Shown piece after piece: positions 38,321-52,915 of a DNA stretch of 64,000 bases. The stretch is from Octopus sinensis. Its lineage: Eukaryota. The translations under genes were made by a program, and so were the position numbers. The stretch is from contig NC_043000.1 in assembly GCF_006345805.1 (NCBI RefSeq), forward strand, positions 137,578,001 to 137,642,000. Reading direction: 5' to 3'. Under the pieces are notes generated by a model. The model had not been told where the DNA came from. It saw only the letters and a list, made by a program, of their open reading frames with translations, and made no database searches. How positions within the stretch are numbered: position 1 is the first letter of the stretch; the number at the start of each line of letters is the position of its first letter.

Positions 38321-41300
38321 TATAACCCTGTTCACTTTGATGGTATGCGTTGCTCTCTCTCTCTCTCTCATTAATAATATTAATAATTAAAATGATGATG
38401 ATAATGATACTGTTGATGAGAATGATAATAAAAATGGTTATTATAATTATATAAATACTTATACATATAGATAAATACGTACACACACAAACATGCACAC
38501 ACACATGCATACGCACAAATATACACTCGCGCACCCACAAATGTACTCATACAAATGCACATATTAAAATCTGTATAAGAAATTTTCCTTCGAATAAATA
38601 GTATTTTCCCTTTATCTTATCGGCTTATGTTGAAATTATTGCCATATATTTTACGTACTATTTCAAGCCATATGTTATTTCCTCATGCAACTTTTGTATG
38701 AAAATCGAAGAGAAAAAGAGGGGAAATTGTTTTTTTGAAAACGAGAAGGAAATTTAATGTGTTTTAGTCATGTTTCACATAGCGAAATGGGGGAGTTTGT
38801 TGGAGAAGAGGCGGCAGACTTTGCCATTCGAGTGAGTGGAACAGAGGAGACAAACGAGATACAGGAACACAGAGAATATTGATACACTTACAACTTATCA
38901 TACATACAATAATATTCAGAAAGGGAAAGGGAGAACTAAAGACAGAGAAGTTGGGGAGAGAAGAGAGAAGCGAGAGAGAGAGAAAAAGGGAGAATTAATT
39001 GTAAAGTTTGAATCGCTAATATTTATTAACCTAAATAAGTTATGAATGGAATTTTTTCTATTTGTTGCTTTCTTTTCCAGCTCTGGTTGACCAATAAATT
39101 TATATCAACATAATGTGGTTATTCTTACTATAATGCCAGTAAATTCGACAACTATCAACCACATTATAACAATACAACAAAACAACAACAATGACCCCAT
39201 CATTTGAAATCAGTTATCGTTATTATATCTTTCATTAATGTAATGTATTGAAGTAAGGTGAACGATAATTGTTATAACGAAAAGGAAACCCCTAAGGAGA
39301 CACATTTGTTGTATCGATTCTGTATAAGTGATAATATCAAGATGTGGAAGCTAGAATCCTCTTTTATTGTAGTACATGCCTGTGTACACAGTATAAAATA
39401 CTGGCGATATATTTGTACGTGTGTGTCTGTATGTATGTGTATGTGTGTGTGTATACGTAGATACATATACATACACACACACACACATATATATATACAT
39501 ATGTATACATACACATGCATACACGCACACATATATATTCATAAATACATATATGTTCATAGATATGTACATACATACATTCATATATATATATATATTT
39601 ATTTATTTATTTATTTATTTATTCATACGCATATATGATACATATAATTATAATAAATATAACGCGCGTGCGTGCCAGCATTATTCCTATTGTAGGTAAA
39701 TGTTCCATTTCGTGTTTGCAAAATGACGACAGAGATAATATAAGAAAGGAAAAAATACAATGAACATATATAAAAAAAAACGTGGTTAAAATGGTATTTT
39801 GGCTAAATTTCCAACTGGGAAATCAGATACCAACTCTGATTTAAAGTAATTTTTTTGACATCGCACTTCACGAGTGAAAAACCTTTATTTTATTGTAACT
39901 TGCTAGACACGCTCCTTTACACAGACCGTGTATAAATTTTGAGTCCCTCTAGAATAAAGCTACTTTAAAAATTTACTTGTAGAAGTAATAGCGACACGAT
40001 ATATCTTATAAGCTAAATTAGAATTCCTTATAGACATTTGTAGATTTCTAAAAGCATTTACTACACAATCATTGATATTAAACACCTCTTAAGTCGTTTG
40101 CTCTGTTTGAAAGAAAATATAATTCTCTGCTTATGTTCCTGTAATACTGATAGTTGATTAATTCAAAGAACATCATGAATCTTTAGTAGCTCCTGAAGAG
40201 CTGAAAACATTTAATTAATTTGATATCACTATAGTTATATAACATATATAAGTTCCGGCCAACATTGGCTCTGGGCATGAAGAATCTAGAAGATTTTATT
40301 GCTCATTGGCTCCTGCTCGTCTCTCACAAGTCACAAATATTCTAACCGTGACTATGAAATTTTTTCCCGTAAACAAAGTAACTACAATATAAACCACTTC
40401 ATACTCCTTTGTGTAAACTCTCAGGAAGGGTTATTTAGCTGATATTTTTCTTGTAGGTCAAAGCTACATAGAGGAACCATCATTGACTCATAAGATATGT
40501 TGTCGTCTATTTATTCCTGGACACATCCGATTGAGCAGAACTATGATAAAAGCCATTTCAGTCATGACGAACTCACTGTTCCAGATATAGTATATGTTGA
40601 ATAATATTATCCAAAATGTAATTCCTTATACAAGTCGTTGATATATTATTTAGGGAGCATTTGACTTATTTCTAGCAGGTTATGCGGTTTTCCAACTGCA
40701 ATTTTCGGTGTTTTGTAGTCGATAGTGCTAAGGTCACTGATGTTCTGAATACACACTTTGCAGTTTCTGTCAATAGTTTTTAATATGAATAAATGAATCA
40801 AAGTTTTAAAATGAAAAGTTTACCCTTTCATATCCTTACTGTTATATACAACAGGCCTGAAATGCTTGTCTGTCACATCCACCCCAGTATTGATCATGAA
40901 AGGATGAAAGGTAAGGTTGGCCTTATATTAGTGTTATGGAATGTTATAAAGTAAGAATGCACAGTTTGAGGTAGAAAAAATATAGATAGTTAAATAGTTT
41001 TAAAGGGATATAAATATACTTAAATAAAGGTGATAGTGGAATAATTTGGAAAATCAAAATTCAGAGCAGTCAAGATTCGTAACTTTACAGAAAAGGAAAT
41101 TTTTATTGCACCATTAACTAAACAATTAAGTATTTATTTTCTCATTATATGTATTGCTTGAAAATTGTTTAAACATTTTACCGTTTGTTTAGTTTTCTGA
41201 TATTAGTTAATTATTAATGAATGAATAAATTAGTATTTAATATATTAGACCATTATCAATTAACTTATTGGCTAGCAAAAAAAAAGATAATCGTATTATG

Positions 41301-42480
41301 TAATATATTGTGTTATTTAAATTCTAAAAAACATAAAGTAAAAAGACACTGATTTTATCAAACACAAAATAATGTATATTTTCATGTGTAATAGGTTGAT
41401 AACATTGCTGTTTTGCAGTAAATCCACAATCAGTGGTATTTTTACATTATTACGCTTGCTGCTCTGCATACAGTCTGCTTTGATAGAAAAACGACTATAG
41501 ATATCAGCTTTCTACATGTCGAAATATATTTTTAGTTGGAAAGCAAAGAATTAAAGTAGTTTTCTATTTCTGATATCGTTATACAATTCTTAAAATTTAA
41601 AATAAAAAACATATTTTATCTGGTTCAAGATATCAGATATAGTCATAAATTTATTTTCTTGATATATTCAGATTTCAAATATTATAAAATCATTTAAAAA
41701 TATCTCTTGATATTTCGAAGGTGTGTACTTTTAGAAAATCTTTACACAAGAAGGTCAGCCATGTTCATAGGGCCGGATGCAGATAAATTATATGAACAAC
41801 ACATACACGAATTAAATTTTGCTATTTTACTAAATATCAAATTTAATTTACTTATGTAAATTGTAATCGACAAATAGCTAACTGTTCACAAAGAGGCATG
41901 TGAACTTAAATGCATGCGTAAGCTTTTGTGTATAGAGGTTGTGTTACAAATTGTCGAAAGTACTTTCTGCAGAAGAATATTTTTCAGTTGAAATAATCAC
42001 AAATATAAAATGCCTATGTGCATAATAATTAGGTTTGGTGTTGGAAGACCCGATAAATAGTTGTATAATGAGATGGGGTTGGGGTGCAAGAAGGATGGGA
42101 TGAAAGTATATGTTTGTGCTATGTGAACTAATTGAAAGTTATAGCGAGAAGATTTCTTTTGACTTGATCTGAAAATTTTGTTATTTTATAGTGTCGTATA
42201 GGTCAATGAGGCAAATTCAGATCACGACATTCTTTGTATAAAAAGTAGGCTTTGGTTCAGTTCTAGGGTTCACGAATGTAAGTCAGTAGATAAATAAGTT
42301 GGTCACTGGAAAGAGCTGATTTTGGGGTTATTGGATTCCCATTAAAAGAAATTACACTGCGTATTGTGGGAAGTTTAGAACTGGGGAGAGAGACTACATT
42401 ACTATGAATAATTATAGGAGATTGTAATCTGATTCTAGTGTGGCTTACAGCTCTTTCTGCTATGATATGCAATGCACTAA

Positions 42481-43258
42481 GGCAGCAAGCTGGCAGAAAT
42501 GTTAGCACGCCAGGTGAAATACTTAGCGGTATTTTTCTACCGCCTTGTTCTGAGTTCAAATTCCGCCGACGTCGACTTTGCCTTTCATCCTTTCGGGGTT
42601 GATTAATTAAGTATCAGTTACACACTGGGGTCGATATAGTCGACTTAATACGTTTGTCTGTCCTTGTTTGTCCTCTCTATGCTTAGCCACTTGTGGGTAG
42701 TAAAGAAATAGGTATTTCGTCTGCCGTTACTTTCTGAGTTCAAATTCCGCCGAGGTTGACTTTGCTTTTCATCCTTCCGGGGTCGATTAAATAAGTACCA
42801 GTTACGCCCTGGGGTCGATATAATTGACTTAATCTGTTTGTCCTTGTTTGTCCCCTCTGTGTAGCCCCTGGTAGGCAATAAGGAAATAAGAAACTTTAGC
42901 ATCACGGGCGAAATGCGTCTGCCGCTACGTTCTGAGTTCAAATTCCGCCGAGGTCAACTTTGCCTTTCATCCTTACGGGATCGATTAAATAATTACCAGT
43001 TACGCACTGGGGTCGATATAATCGACTTAATCCGTTTGTCTGCCCTTGTTTGTCCTCTCTGTGTTTAGCCCCTTGTGGGTAGGAAAGAAATAGGTATTTC
43101 GTCTGCTGCTACGCTCTGAGTTCAAATACTACCGAGGTCGACTTTGCCTTTCATCCCTTCGGGCTCGATAAATTAAGTACCAGTTGCGTACTGGGGTCGA
43201 TAATCGACTAGCTCCCTCCTCAAAAGAATTAGGGCCTTGTGCCTAGAGTAGAAAAGAA
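42481..43258 (+). mobile_element. Head-to-tail array of four SINE family B units
   Basis: The central domain recurs near 42550, 42740, 42930 and 43120. Junction aaagaaata|ggtatttcgtctg at about 42710 and 43091. The last unit has a different tail. Confidence 0.85.
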
Positions 43259-44666
43259 TATGCAATGCACTCATAGCTAAATACCTGTGTATCACCTTGT
43301 AGCTTATAACTATACAGTTCCAGTAAAATTAGAGTTGTCCCGGACTATTCCAGTTAGGTAAAACTGATATATTTCTGTATATGTTCAGGATATGAAATTC
43401 TGATTTCAAGTCCCGATTAAGTCAAATATATTTTTTATCTCTTTTAGTTTGACGAAGCAAGTTACTAATCATCTGCTGAGTCGAAATATTTGTCTGGTTC
43501 CCGGTGCCATCATATTTAAGAACTGAGCTGATATGTTCGACTAAACCACTTCAAGACAGTGCCCCGGCATGGCCGCAGTGTAGTGAGTGAAACAAGTATG
43601 TCATAAGATTGCAAAAATAGTATGAATCAATTATATAATTATGATAATTTTTCGTATCCAAGTGCTTTCCTAAATCTATCAAATATCAAGACTTTAAAAA
43701 TAGTTTCACTTTAGATTTTATCTACAGACGACCTGCGTCGTGAAAATAACCTCTTTTCAATGCTTTTATTACGTATTTAACAATGAGAATGTTATGTGTA
43801 TCTCTAAAACTGTCTTTGATATCATGAACGTAAGTAGTTAACATTAGTTTCTTTCTTTCGCAGTTTTTGAATTGTAATAATTATTCGGATTAGAAACATG
43901 AGGTTATGAGTTTATCGGTTCGTGGCCAATGATGGATGAAAGGTTTAGATACATATCAATAAATCTTTGCTATCATTTTCAGCATGTATACTATGTTTCA
44001 CTATAGCCATCGGCTTGGGATTTGTAAAAGATATTATCAGAAGAAATATAACGAGAGTCGATTCTATCATATTTATAGTTACCTAATTTATCGACCGTAT
44101 AGAATAGAAAAGAATAAACGCAGCATTCTTGATTCTTCTCTCAATTGCAGGGCACCAACGTTCTATATCTCTTCTTTCGAATCATTTTCATTGATGGAGA
44201 CTTACCAGCTTACAAATAATTGTTTCAAATTCTGGCACAAGACCAACAATTTCTGGGTAAGAATAAGTTGATTAAATCGACTTCAGCACTCAACAGGTGC
44301 TTATTTTGTTGACTCTGAAATGGTAAAAGGCAAAACCGACCTTGGTGGAATTTGAACTCAGAACGTAAAAACGGAAAATGTTGCTATGCATTTTGTCCGG
44401 GGCGTAACGATTCTGCCTGCTCGCCGCCTTACCATGTGACTAATGATATTGGCATTTATATTTTAGTCGAAATATATCATGCGACACAAACTGTGACTGT
44501 AAAATCTCTTTTTGATACCATGTTTGGTGCTTAATTATGCACAAACTGAAAGCTGTCGTATATATATATATACATAAATATATTTTGCTTTTAAGTTCTA
44601 ATTGCTAATAAGCCACCATTTTAAATTTTATATATATATCTATATTTATATCTATATCTATATCTG

Positions 44667-44759
<93 letters not shown>

Positions 44760-44812
44760 CTCTCTCTCTCCTCTCTCTCTCTCTCTTCATATAGATATAT
44801 ATATATATATAA

Positions 44813-45046
44813 TTTGTTTTTAGAAAAAGTAAATCCGGAGAAGAAGCACACTCTAAGAAGTAGAGCAATCTATATTAATTACTGGTGAAGGCCGGTTTAT
44901 AGAGCTACCGTGGGTTTCTCACCAAAAGGGTACCTTTATGGCGTATCTTCAGACCCTAAGACCTGTTGTCCTATGATCTTTTTCAAATATTCTAAAGAGG
45001 CCATAGTCCAACAGCTACCCTTTATGGGAAGAAACTCAGGGTAACC

Positions 45047-45048
<2 letters not shown>
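44813..45048 (-). mobile_element. Penelope-like pLTR ending at (TA)n
   Basis: Contains the hammerhead at 44900-44958 and runs about 87 nt further into the (TA)n/(ATCT)n tract. Confidence 0.65.
44900..44958 (-). ncRNA. Type I hammerhead ribozyme motif, apparently intact, with extended stem II
   Basis: Minus strand tagggt-CTGAAGA-ta-cgcca-t-aaagg-tac-ccttt-tggtg-a-GAAAC-c-cac-g-GTA-gctcta. All three stems pair and the cleavage triplet is GUA. Confidence 0.8.
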
Positions 45049-45077
<29 letters not shown>

Positions 45078-45348
45078 TGTATGTATGTATGTATGTATGT
45101 ATGTATACATATGTGTTTTTTTCTGAAAACCGCTTGACAACCGATGTTTACGTCCCTGTATCTATTGATTCTACATAAAGAGAACGACAGATTAGGTACC
45201 AAGCTTTAAATGAATTGAATAATAAAGTCGACTCGTTCGACTAAAATCCTTCTAGGCGTTGCCCTAACATGGCCATAATCCAATGATTGGAACAAAGGAA
45301 AGGCATATACACATGTACACACATGTAGTTCTAACGGTACTGTAAAGT

Positions 45349-45413
<65 letters not shown>

Positions 45414-47241
45414 TATATATATTATATATATATATATATACATATCACAGCATCTATTACATATATTACCGTAATATTCGACTAATTTCAAATTCGGTAA
45501 CCTTGATTTATTCTTATGTAAACTAAATATAATTCTTTTTGGCACTAGTGGGCTGGCCAACTTCATTCATTCAGTCAGAACTAAAAATTAAAACAAAACA
45601 AATTACTGATATTAGTATGCTAGCATCATTTAAGGGTAGTTGCGTTTGCATCCATCCACACATGGATAACACAATATTTAATTACTATCTTAGAGGAAGC
45701 TTCCAATATCTTAATCGCATGATCTAAAATTTTCCATTGAGAATATATTGAGATTATTTCTTTCTCTTCTATTTCTGTGGAATATGTTACCTGTACAATT
45801 CTTTGCTGGTGTTTTCTTATCGTTTTATCACAACCTGATTTTCAGCAAATGATTAAGCAACTTGCTGTGTCTATACTAATATTTTACAGTAAATGCATTA
45901 CATGAATTATGATTACATACATCAATGGTTCTGCAAACAAATAGATAAAAAAAATCTGCAGTTAATTCACTAAAGCTTTAATTCAGTAACTATGCAATTT
46001 CTCTAATTCTCTCTTAACAATTTATTCTTTCTCACTCGCTTTTCCGTTTCAGTACAGTTAGTAGCATTCATGTATAACTAAACGTCTCATTAGTGCTACA
46101 AACAGCATATTTTCATGTCTGATATATCCTCCGCCACCTGAGCTTGTAAATAAACAGATATCACGCTTGTTGGTACAATCTGAAAATTTGAGAATATACA
46201 TACTCGTTGTTCTGGCTAGATTATATTTCATTCGTGCATACGTTTTTCTTTGCGATTACCATTAAAAATATTCGATATTTCATCATGATATCTAAAAGTA
46301 TCAGTCGTGAAATAGGAGGAGAAACACCTAAAGTAGCTCATTATACTCGACACAAAGTCATACATTACTCTGATGCATCGAAAGCAAAAATGTTTCCCCA
46401 AGTTCCTTCCCTCCGGTTTACGGTCTCAAAGTCAGTGTATGTTCATTTACAAATACTATTATGTCAAATAGTATACAGTTGTAGCAGACGGCGTTTTTCA
46501 TGCCTGCAGTATTTGTTCCACAAAAGACAATGAGCCCCTTTATTACTAACAGGGTAAAAACATTTGGAAAGCAACTATAGTTCCGGGGCATAATTTCCTC
46601 TAGAAAGAACTGCTCAGTTTCTTCTCATTGTAGATTTTCGTCTCTCATATGCAACACTAAGTCATACGACATTCATTATATGTCTAAATGAAAATAAGGC
46701 TACATCAATAAATAAGCGCATAACAAACTATATATATATATCCCTTTTTATATATATATACATACTAGCAGAAAGACTGCACCCGGACGCGATACTGATC
46801 TAGACAATCTAAATATCCCTTTCTTCCTTCTATAAGTTAATTTACTGCTCGAAATTTATAAAAATTTTGAAATACTCTTGTTACTCCCTTAACATGTGAA
46901 TTCCCAAAACCTGATGAACGAAAGCGCTGAAACACACTACAAAAGCTTCGTTTCATTCTGTTTTTTCAAAGATATTTTTTAATAGACAATAGCTTTTAAG
47001 AAAATTTTGTTACTGTTTATTGTTGCAAATATTTGACTGTATAAAGTACATATTTTTGCAAAACCTAATAAGTATATATATATATATATATATATAGTAT
47101 ATAATATAATATATATTATATATATTTACAAATATATATGCGTGTATATACTAATATAAATATAAATATTATATATAATATATATATATATATATATATG
47201 TATATACACAAATATATATATACGTGTATATACTAATATAA

Positions 47242-47273
<32 letters not shown>

Positions 47274-47362
47274 TGTATATATGCATATATATATATATAA
47301 ATATATCAATATAACTATACGTACACACACACATATATATATACATACATAAAAACACACAT

Positions 47363-47433
<71 letters not shown>

Positions 47434-47880
47434 TATATTCGGCTACGTACTAAAACATTTCGGTACCTTTAACCCTTAGATAAAATATAAATGCTTGAGA
47501 ATCACAGCATGATGTAATTCATACAAGTTGGCTCCTATGAACACTTTGATACATGAGAGATAAAAAGCAAGAAATGAGACAATGTGAGTATTAGAATGCC
47601 ATAATCATGTCAGAGAAGCAGTTAGAGTACAGAGAATGAAGGCTAAAAGATGAAACGAAATGTGTTCAGAAATGTTTAAATATATTAATCTTATATAAAT
47701 ACGAACAAAGACCGAATTACAAACAATTCCAATGAAAGTTCAAAAGCTTCGGATACGTGAAGTTTATATTTATCACGCTATATTTGAATACGGTACAACA
47801 AAAGTGAATTATATAAACATGCCCAATATGAATGCAGACAAATATAAGTGATAACTCAATTCATTAAGTTTATATATATA

Positions 47881-47913
<33 letters not shown>

Positions 47914-47914
47914 G

Positions 47915-47947
<33 letters not shown>

Positions 47948-48113
47948 GTGCACTATTCAATACTTACGAGCACATGCAAACTATTACACATTCACATACC
48001 ACAAACATGCACGCACACACATACGTAAGCACATATATAGCTATGTAAATATACGTACGTGCGCATACATGCATGCATACTTACATACATACATGCTTAC
48101 ACACACAGACACA

Positions 48114-48179
<66 letters not shown>

Positions 48180-48481
48180 ACACGCACACCAACATACATA
48201 TACCTACTGTGACAGATATGTATTTTGAGTATACACACAGATCTATAAATGTATATATACAGTCATATATATTCATGGAAATGTGTGTGTGTATGCATGT
48301 ACATGCACACGCACAAACAGTCGCCCATATATATATATATTAAATATATATATATATATATACAAAAAGCAATAAAGATTCAAGTTAATTTAAATGAATT
48401 TACTTGAATATGGTACCTAACTTAGATGCACCAAAAAAAACTATACTGTTTTAACAATACAGTAATGTGGGGTGATTATAA

Positions 48482-49006
48482 GCGAGAAAGAAGCAACAAG
48501 AATGGATAGGTTTTTAGTACAATCGTTTCATACAAGGACAGGCTTTATTAAAAGTTGTAAAAATTACAGCATATAACGTGTCCCGTACTCATCAGCTAAA
48601 ATACATGTGAGTCTCTAGACATCCTAGTGGTTGAGGCTATACTCATGAAGTAATGTAGATAATTAAGTAACATAAACAGATTTCCAAAGTTCATTAAAGT
48701 TCTTTAAAGATGATGTACAGTCTTATCACAGAATATTAGAACTTTTTTAAAATTCTGTGATAAGACTGTACATCATCTTTAAAGAACTTTAATGAACTTT
48801 GGAAATCTGTTTATGTTACTTAATTATCTACATTACTTCATGAGTATAGCCTCAACCACTAGGATGTCTAGAGAACTCACATGTATTTTAGCTGATGAGT
48901 ACGGGACACGTTTATATGCTGTAATTTTTACAACTTTTAATAAAGCCTGTCCTTGTATGAAACGATTGTACTAAAAACCTATCCATTCTTGTTGCTTCTT
49001 TCTCGC
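48482..49006. mobile_element. Near-perfect inverted repeat with about 253-bp arms and 17-nt spacer; inverted Penelope-like pLTR pair
   Basis: Arms 48482-48734 and 48752-49006 differ by only two 1-nt indels that I could find. The right end abuts (TA)n. Each arm has a hammerhead. Confidence 0.9.
48886..48976 (+). ncRNA. Type I hammerhead ribozyme motif with long stem II/loop (mirror copy on minus strand at 48512-48601)
   Basis: ttttag-CTGATGA-gtacgggaca-[39-nt loop]-tgtccttgtat-GAAAC-gatt-GTA-ctaaaa. Stem I ttttag/ctaaaa is perfect. Confidence 0.8.
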
Positions 49007-49008
49007 GT

Positions 49009-49060
<52 letters not shown>

Positions 49061-49356
49061 AATAAATTGATGAATATATAAGTAGTTAGATAAATAGATA
49101 TATTCATTTATGCTTATATATGCGGTTGTGTATTTTCAGAATGTATAAGCACCTCAGTTTGGATATCTGTTATTCAATAAATACAAAATCTCTCTATATC
49201 TAAGTGTGTCTTGTATTAAGCTGTGCTAGATAAATCTTGTAGCTGATCTTCAATACATACAAGCATATATACACAAACACACTGCTCATCTCTCCAATGT
49301 CAGAATAACGATCGCCTATTGTTAGTTATATGCATGTATATTTTATATATATATAT

Positions 49357-49393
<37 letters not shown>

Positions 49394-49687
49394 TGAATAA
49401 AATTGTTTTAGGTATATATATATATATGTATATTTTATATATATATATATATATATATGTAGACGCACATGCATGTCTATAAACAAATATACAAGCAGGC
49501 ATACATACATATATACATGGGATTGACCAAAGTGTTGTAGACGCCCCAAACCAATAAGATTCCAAAAGGGATTAAAGCTGTTTATTGATCCTTCAATCCA
49601 CGAGGAAAGAGCTAAATATACCCTGTTTATATATATTTTAATTACATTACATACACACATACACACAATGAAATACATACACATTTT

Positions 49688-49726
<39 letters not shown>

Positions 49727-49740
49727 TCTTTTTTAGTCTA

Positions 49741-49940
49741 GGTACAAGGCCCGAAATTTTTGTGGAGGGGAAGCAGTCGATTAGATCGATCCCTGTACGC
49801 AACTGGTACTTAATTTATCGACCCCGAAGGGATGAAAGGCAACCTCGCCCTCGGCGGAATTTGAACTCAGAACGTAAAGACTGACGAAATACTGCTAAGC
49901 ATTTCGCCTGGCGTGCTAACGTTTCTGCCTGCTCGCCACC
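49741..49940 (-). mobile_element. SINE family B
   Basis: Reverse complement of head and central domain, with the alternative tail (gtacaaggcccgaaatttttgtggagggg on plus). Confidence 0.8.
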
Positions 49941-49989
49941 TTACACACACACGCACACACACACACATACACACACACACACACACACA

Positions 49990-50037
<48 letters not shown>

Positions 50038-50049
50038 GTGAAGAATTAC

Positions 50050-50320
50050 TGAGCGTGAATCCGTATGAATTTCTGGTGTCGAACAGATCACCATCAATGG
50101 TATTCATCCAAGGGCATCCTAGCTTCCTGGCTGTAATATATCACATCATGGGGCCTGTTATTCACCTTAAGCCTGATGCTGCGTCGCTGTATATGCTCTG
50201 CCATTAATGTTAAGGCATGTATATGACAATATTTCTCCTTTCTTCTTGGACTTGTGTGCAAGTTTGAAAACCAGGCATTCAAAATTAGCTGCACCCATGG
50301 CCAGACCTACTCCCTGTTGT
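50050..50320 (-). pseudogene. Possible RTE-type AP endonuclease remnant
   Basis: Minus-strand pieces GVGLAM, CLNINGRAYTAT and IDGDLFDTR loosely match GVG, AYAPT and GDFNAR. Highly decayed. Confidence 0.35.
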
Positions 50321-50595
50321 TAGTTTGAACGGATAAATGAATTTTCCTCTTATAAATGCGGTTATAGTGTTATATGTGTTGATCGCTCGAAGATATAGGC
50401 TTCAGGCGGAGAGTGTTCACTCCAGTCACACATTCCTACAACATTATGATACATCATACATGTTCCACATTGTAGCTAAGGTCGAAAAGCTTGCCAAGTG
50501 TCTTATTATATTTTACTCAGCACAACACTTTCATTCATTAAATGAACTTGTTTACTTTGAGGGAAATATGTATCTGTTGTTAATATTATTTTCTA

Positions 50596-51120
50596 CATTA
50601 GGCACAAGGGCCGAAATTTTGGGGTAGCAGGCCAGTCGATTAGATCGACTCGAGCACGCAACTGGCACTTAATTTATCGACTTAGAAATGATGGAAAGCA
50701 AAGTCGACCTGGTCGGAAGGTAAAGGCCGGCGAAATACCTATTTCTTTACTACCCACAAGGGGCTAAACATAGAGGGGACAAACAAGGACAAACAAACGG
50801 ATTAAGTCGATTATATCGACCCCAGTGCGTAACTGGTACTTAATTTATCGACCCCGAAAGGATGAAAGGCAAAGTCGACCTCGGCGGAATTTGAAATCAG
50901 AACGTAACGTCAGACGAAATACCGAGAAGCCTTTCGCCCGGCTAACGTTTATGCCGTCTTGATGTTCTGAATTCAAATTCCGCCGCGGACGACTTTATCT
51001 TTAATGCCTTTCGGGGGTTGATAAAATAAATAGCAGTTAAGCACAGGGGTATATGTAATTGACTGTGGTACTGCTGCTCCGAAACTGCTGGCCTTATGCC
51101 AAACTTTGAAACCAATATCA
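50596..51120. mobile_element. SINE family B dimer on minus (50596-50948) head-to-head with a diverged plus copy
   Basis: The minus strand shows the same aaagaaata|ggtatttcg junction as the 42.5-kb array. The plus copy starts near 50949. Confidence 0.75.
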
Positions 51121-52915
51121 TCATGGACAGGTTAAGGAAGCGAGCTGGCAGATACATTAGCACACGACACAAAATGTTTAGTAGTATTTTGTCAGTCTTT
51201 GTGTTCTTAACTCATATTTCACCAGGGTCGGCTTTGTCTTTCAACCTTTAGGGCTGGATAAAATAAGTACCAGTTAAGTGTTAGAGTCGAAGTGGTGATA
51301 AATGTAACCCTCTTCTCGAAAACTGCTGGCCTCGGCCAGAGTTTGAAACCTTTATCATTTGAATTATTGAAATTTATATTTTTAAATACCCTAATGTTGT
51401 TTTCCTGTTAATATAAAATTTGTTATTTTATTTTTCTGCTTTGTCTCTTAAAATTACGTTTATGTTAAATTTTTAAGGTATCATTTCTCTTAGAAAACGA
51501 TATCTTTGATCCTCTTCTCATATTTTTCGATAGAACTGCCTTATGTCCAGAGATTCTTTGAAAGTTACCATGCTGAAAAAAAAAAGTAAAACATGCAACG
51601 ATTGTTTTGAAAAATTCTTTATAGTCAAAATTTGTTGAATGAAATTCATTGCCTTTCGTTTCTGTTTGTTTTTAATAACTGAAAATTTTTTTTTTTTTTG
51701 CGCGTAGGAATTGCATTCACTTTTATGGTAGCCCCTTTTATTACCACCTGAGTGAATGCCATGCTTACAATTGTAACTGAAATCTTTTTGCAGCTTCCTA
51801 CCTTCAATTAAAAATATCAAATCTCAGGAATAAAGCAGAAGACTTTAAAACACAATCAGTGTAACGCGTCCACATTCACACGGCCCTAAAATGACATTGA
51901 ATTTGTAAAACTATTCAGTATTTATCCAGCAACATGCACTATCAGAAACTACATGTCAGGTGACTCTGTGCGGATAGATTCAGCAAATTATCTGGGTTCC
52001 TACCGGATACCGTGTGGATAAAATGTTTTTCCAGCCCTACACAAGCACGAAGGAGGAAGTTATAGCAGGAATTATTCTACTTGTCTGAAGAAATCCGACC
52101 CCGTTTTTTCAGTCGGGTTGGAATCCCACGAACGTAGATGTTCTAGTCTAAGATGATTGTCTTAACATATTTAGAAATCTAGATCTTTCCGAAACAATAC
52201 TGATTCCTCTGATGTCTATAATCCTCTTGAAGAAGTGTGAGGAGCAGAATTAGAGAAATCTGCGTTACGCTGAGGGGCGCTACAACCAATTCTAAATGTT
52301 ATTAAGAAAGTTAACATAATTTGAGCCCGACCCCAGTCCCAGAAGCTGAAAATAATTGCTTATTGATTTAAAGAAAAGCTATTCAGATCTCTAGCTATTG
52401 TCTACGTGTTTTATAACATTTTATATCATCAACACATTGATATTTTTACTTATAACATTGAAGTTAATGAGTGTTTTCGTGTTTTCATGTTTGACTGTCG
52501 ATGTAGTTCATAATAGAGTTAAACTTCTTTCTCTTACTGTTGCTGTTGAGGAATGTAGGATTGCCCGATTTAATCTCGTCAAATCGATTTTCACTACGGC
52601 GCTTGTCTTGATGTTCTCTTATCAATTTTGCCTTTTGTATATTATACCAGAGTTCTCTCTCCTAGATGTTGTCATTTCACGAATTGTCGAGTGGGCAATA
52701 TCATGCATGGACAAACAATGGTAGCCTGTCCGTGCGTATATATCTGATTGTCTTGTGTGTATACCTATATGCATGCGTACGTATGTACACACACACACAT
52801 ACATATGTATATATGTATGTACACAGAGATACATACGCATCTGTATATATGTATATATATATATATTCATATATATACTTATATGTGTGTGTGTTCGTGC
52901 GTGTACTTTATATAT

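Noticed and set aside
42481-43258. Regular direct repeats that could be mistaken for CRISPR
   Set aside because: Units are about 180-230-bp SINE copies without unique spacers, in a eukaryotic context with no cas genes.
46911-46945. CTGATGA-acgaaagcgct-GAAAC hammerhead-like string
   Set aside because: There is no NUH triplet closing stem III and no stem I pairing.
52085-52140. CTGAAGA followed by an 8-bp stem (aatccgac/gtcgggtt)
   Set aside because: The next bases are GGAAT rather than GAAA and no stem I or III was found. At best a heavily decayed copy.
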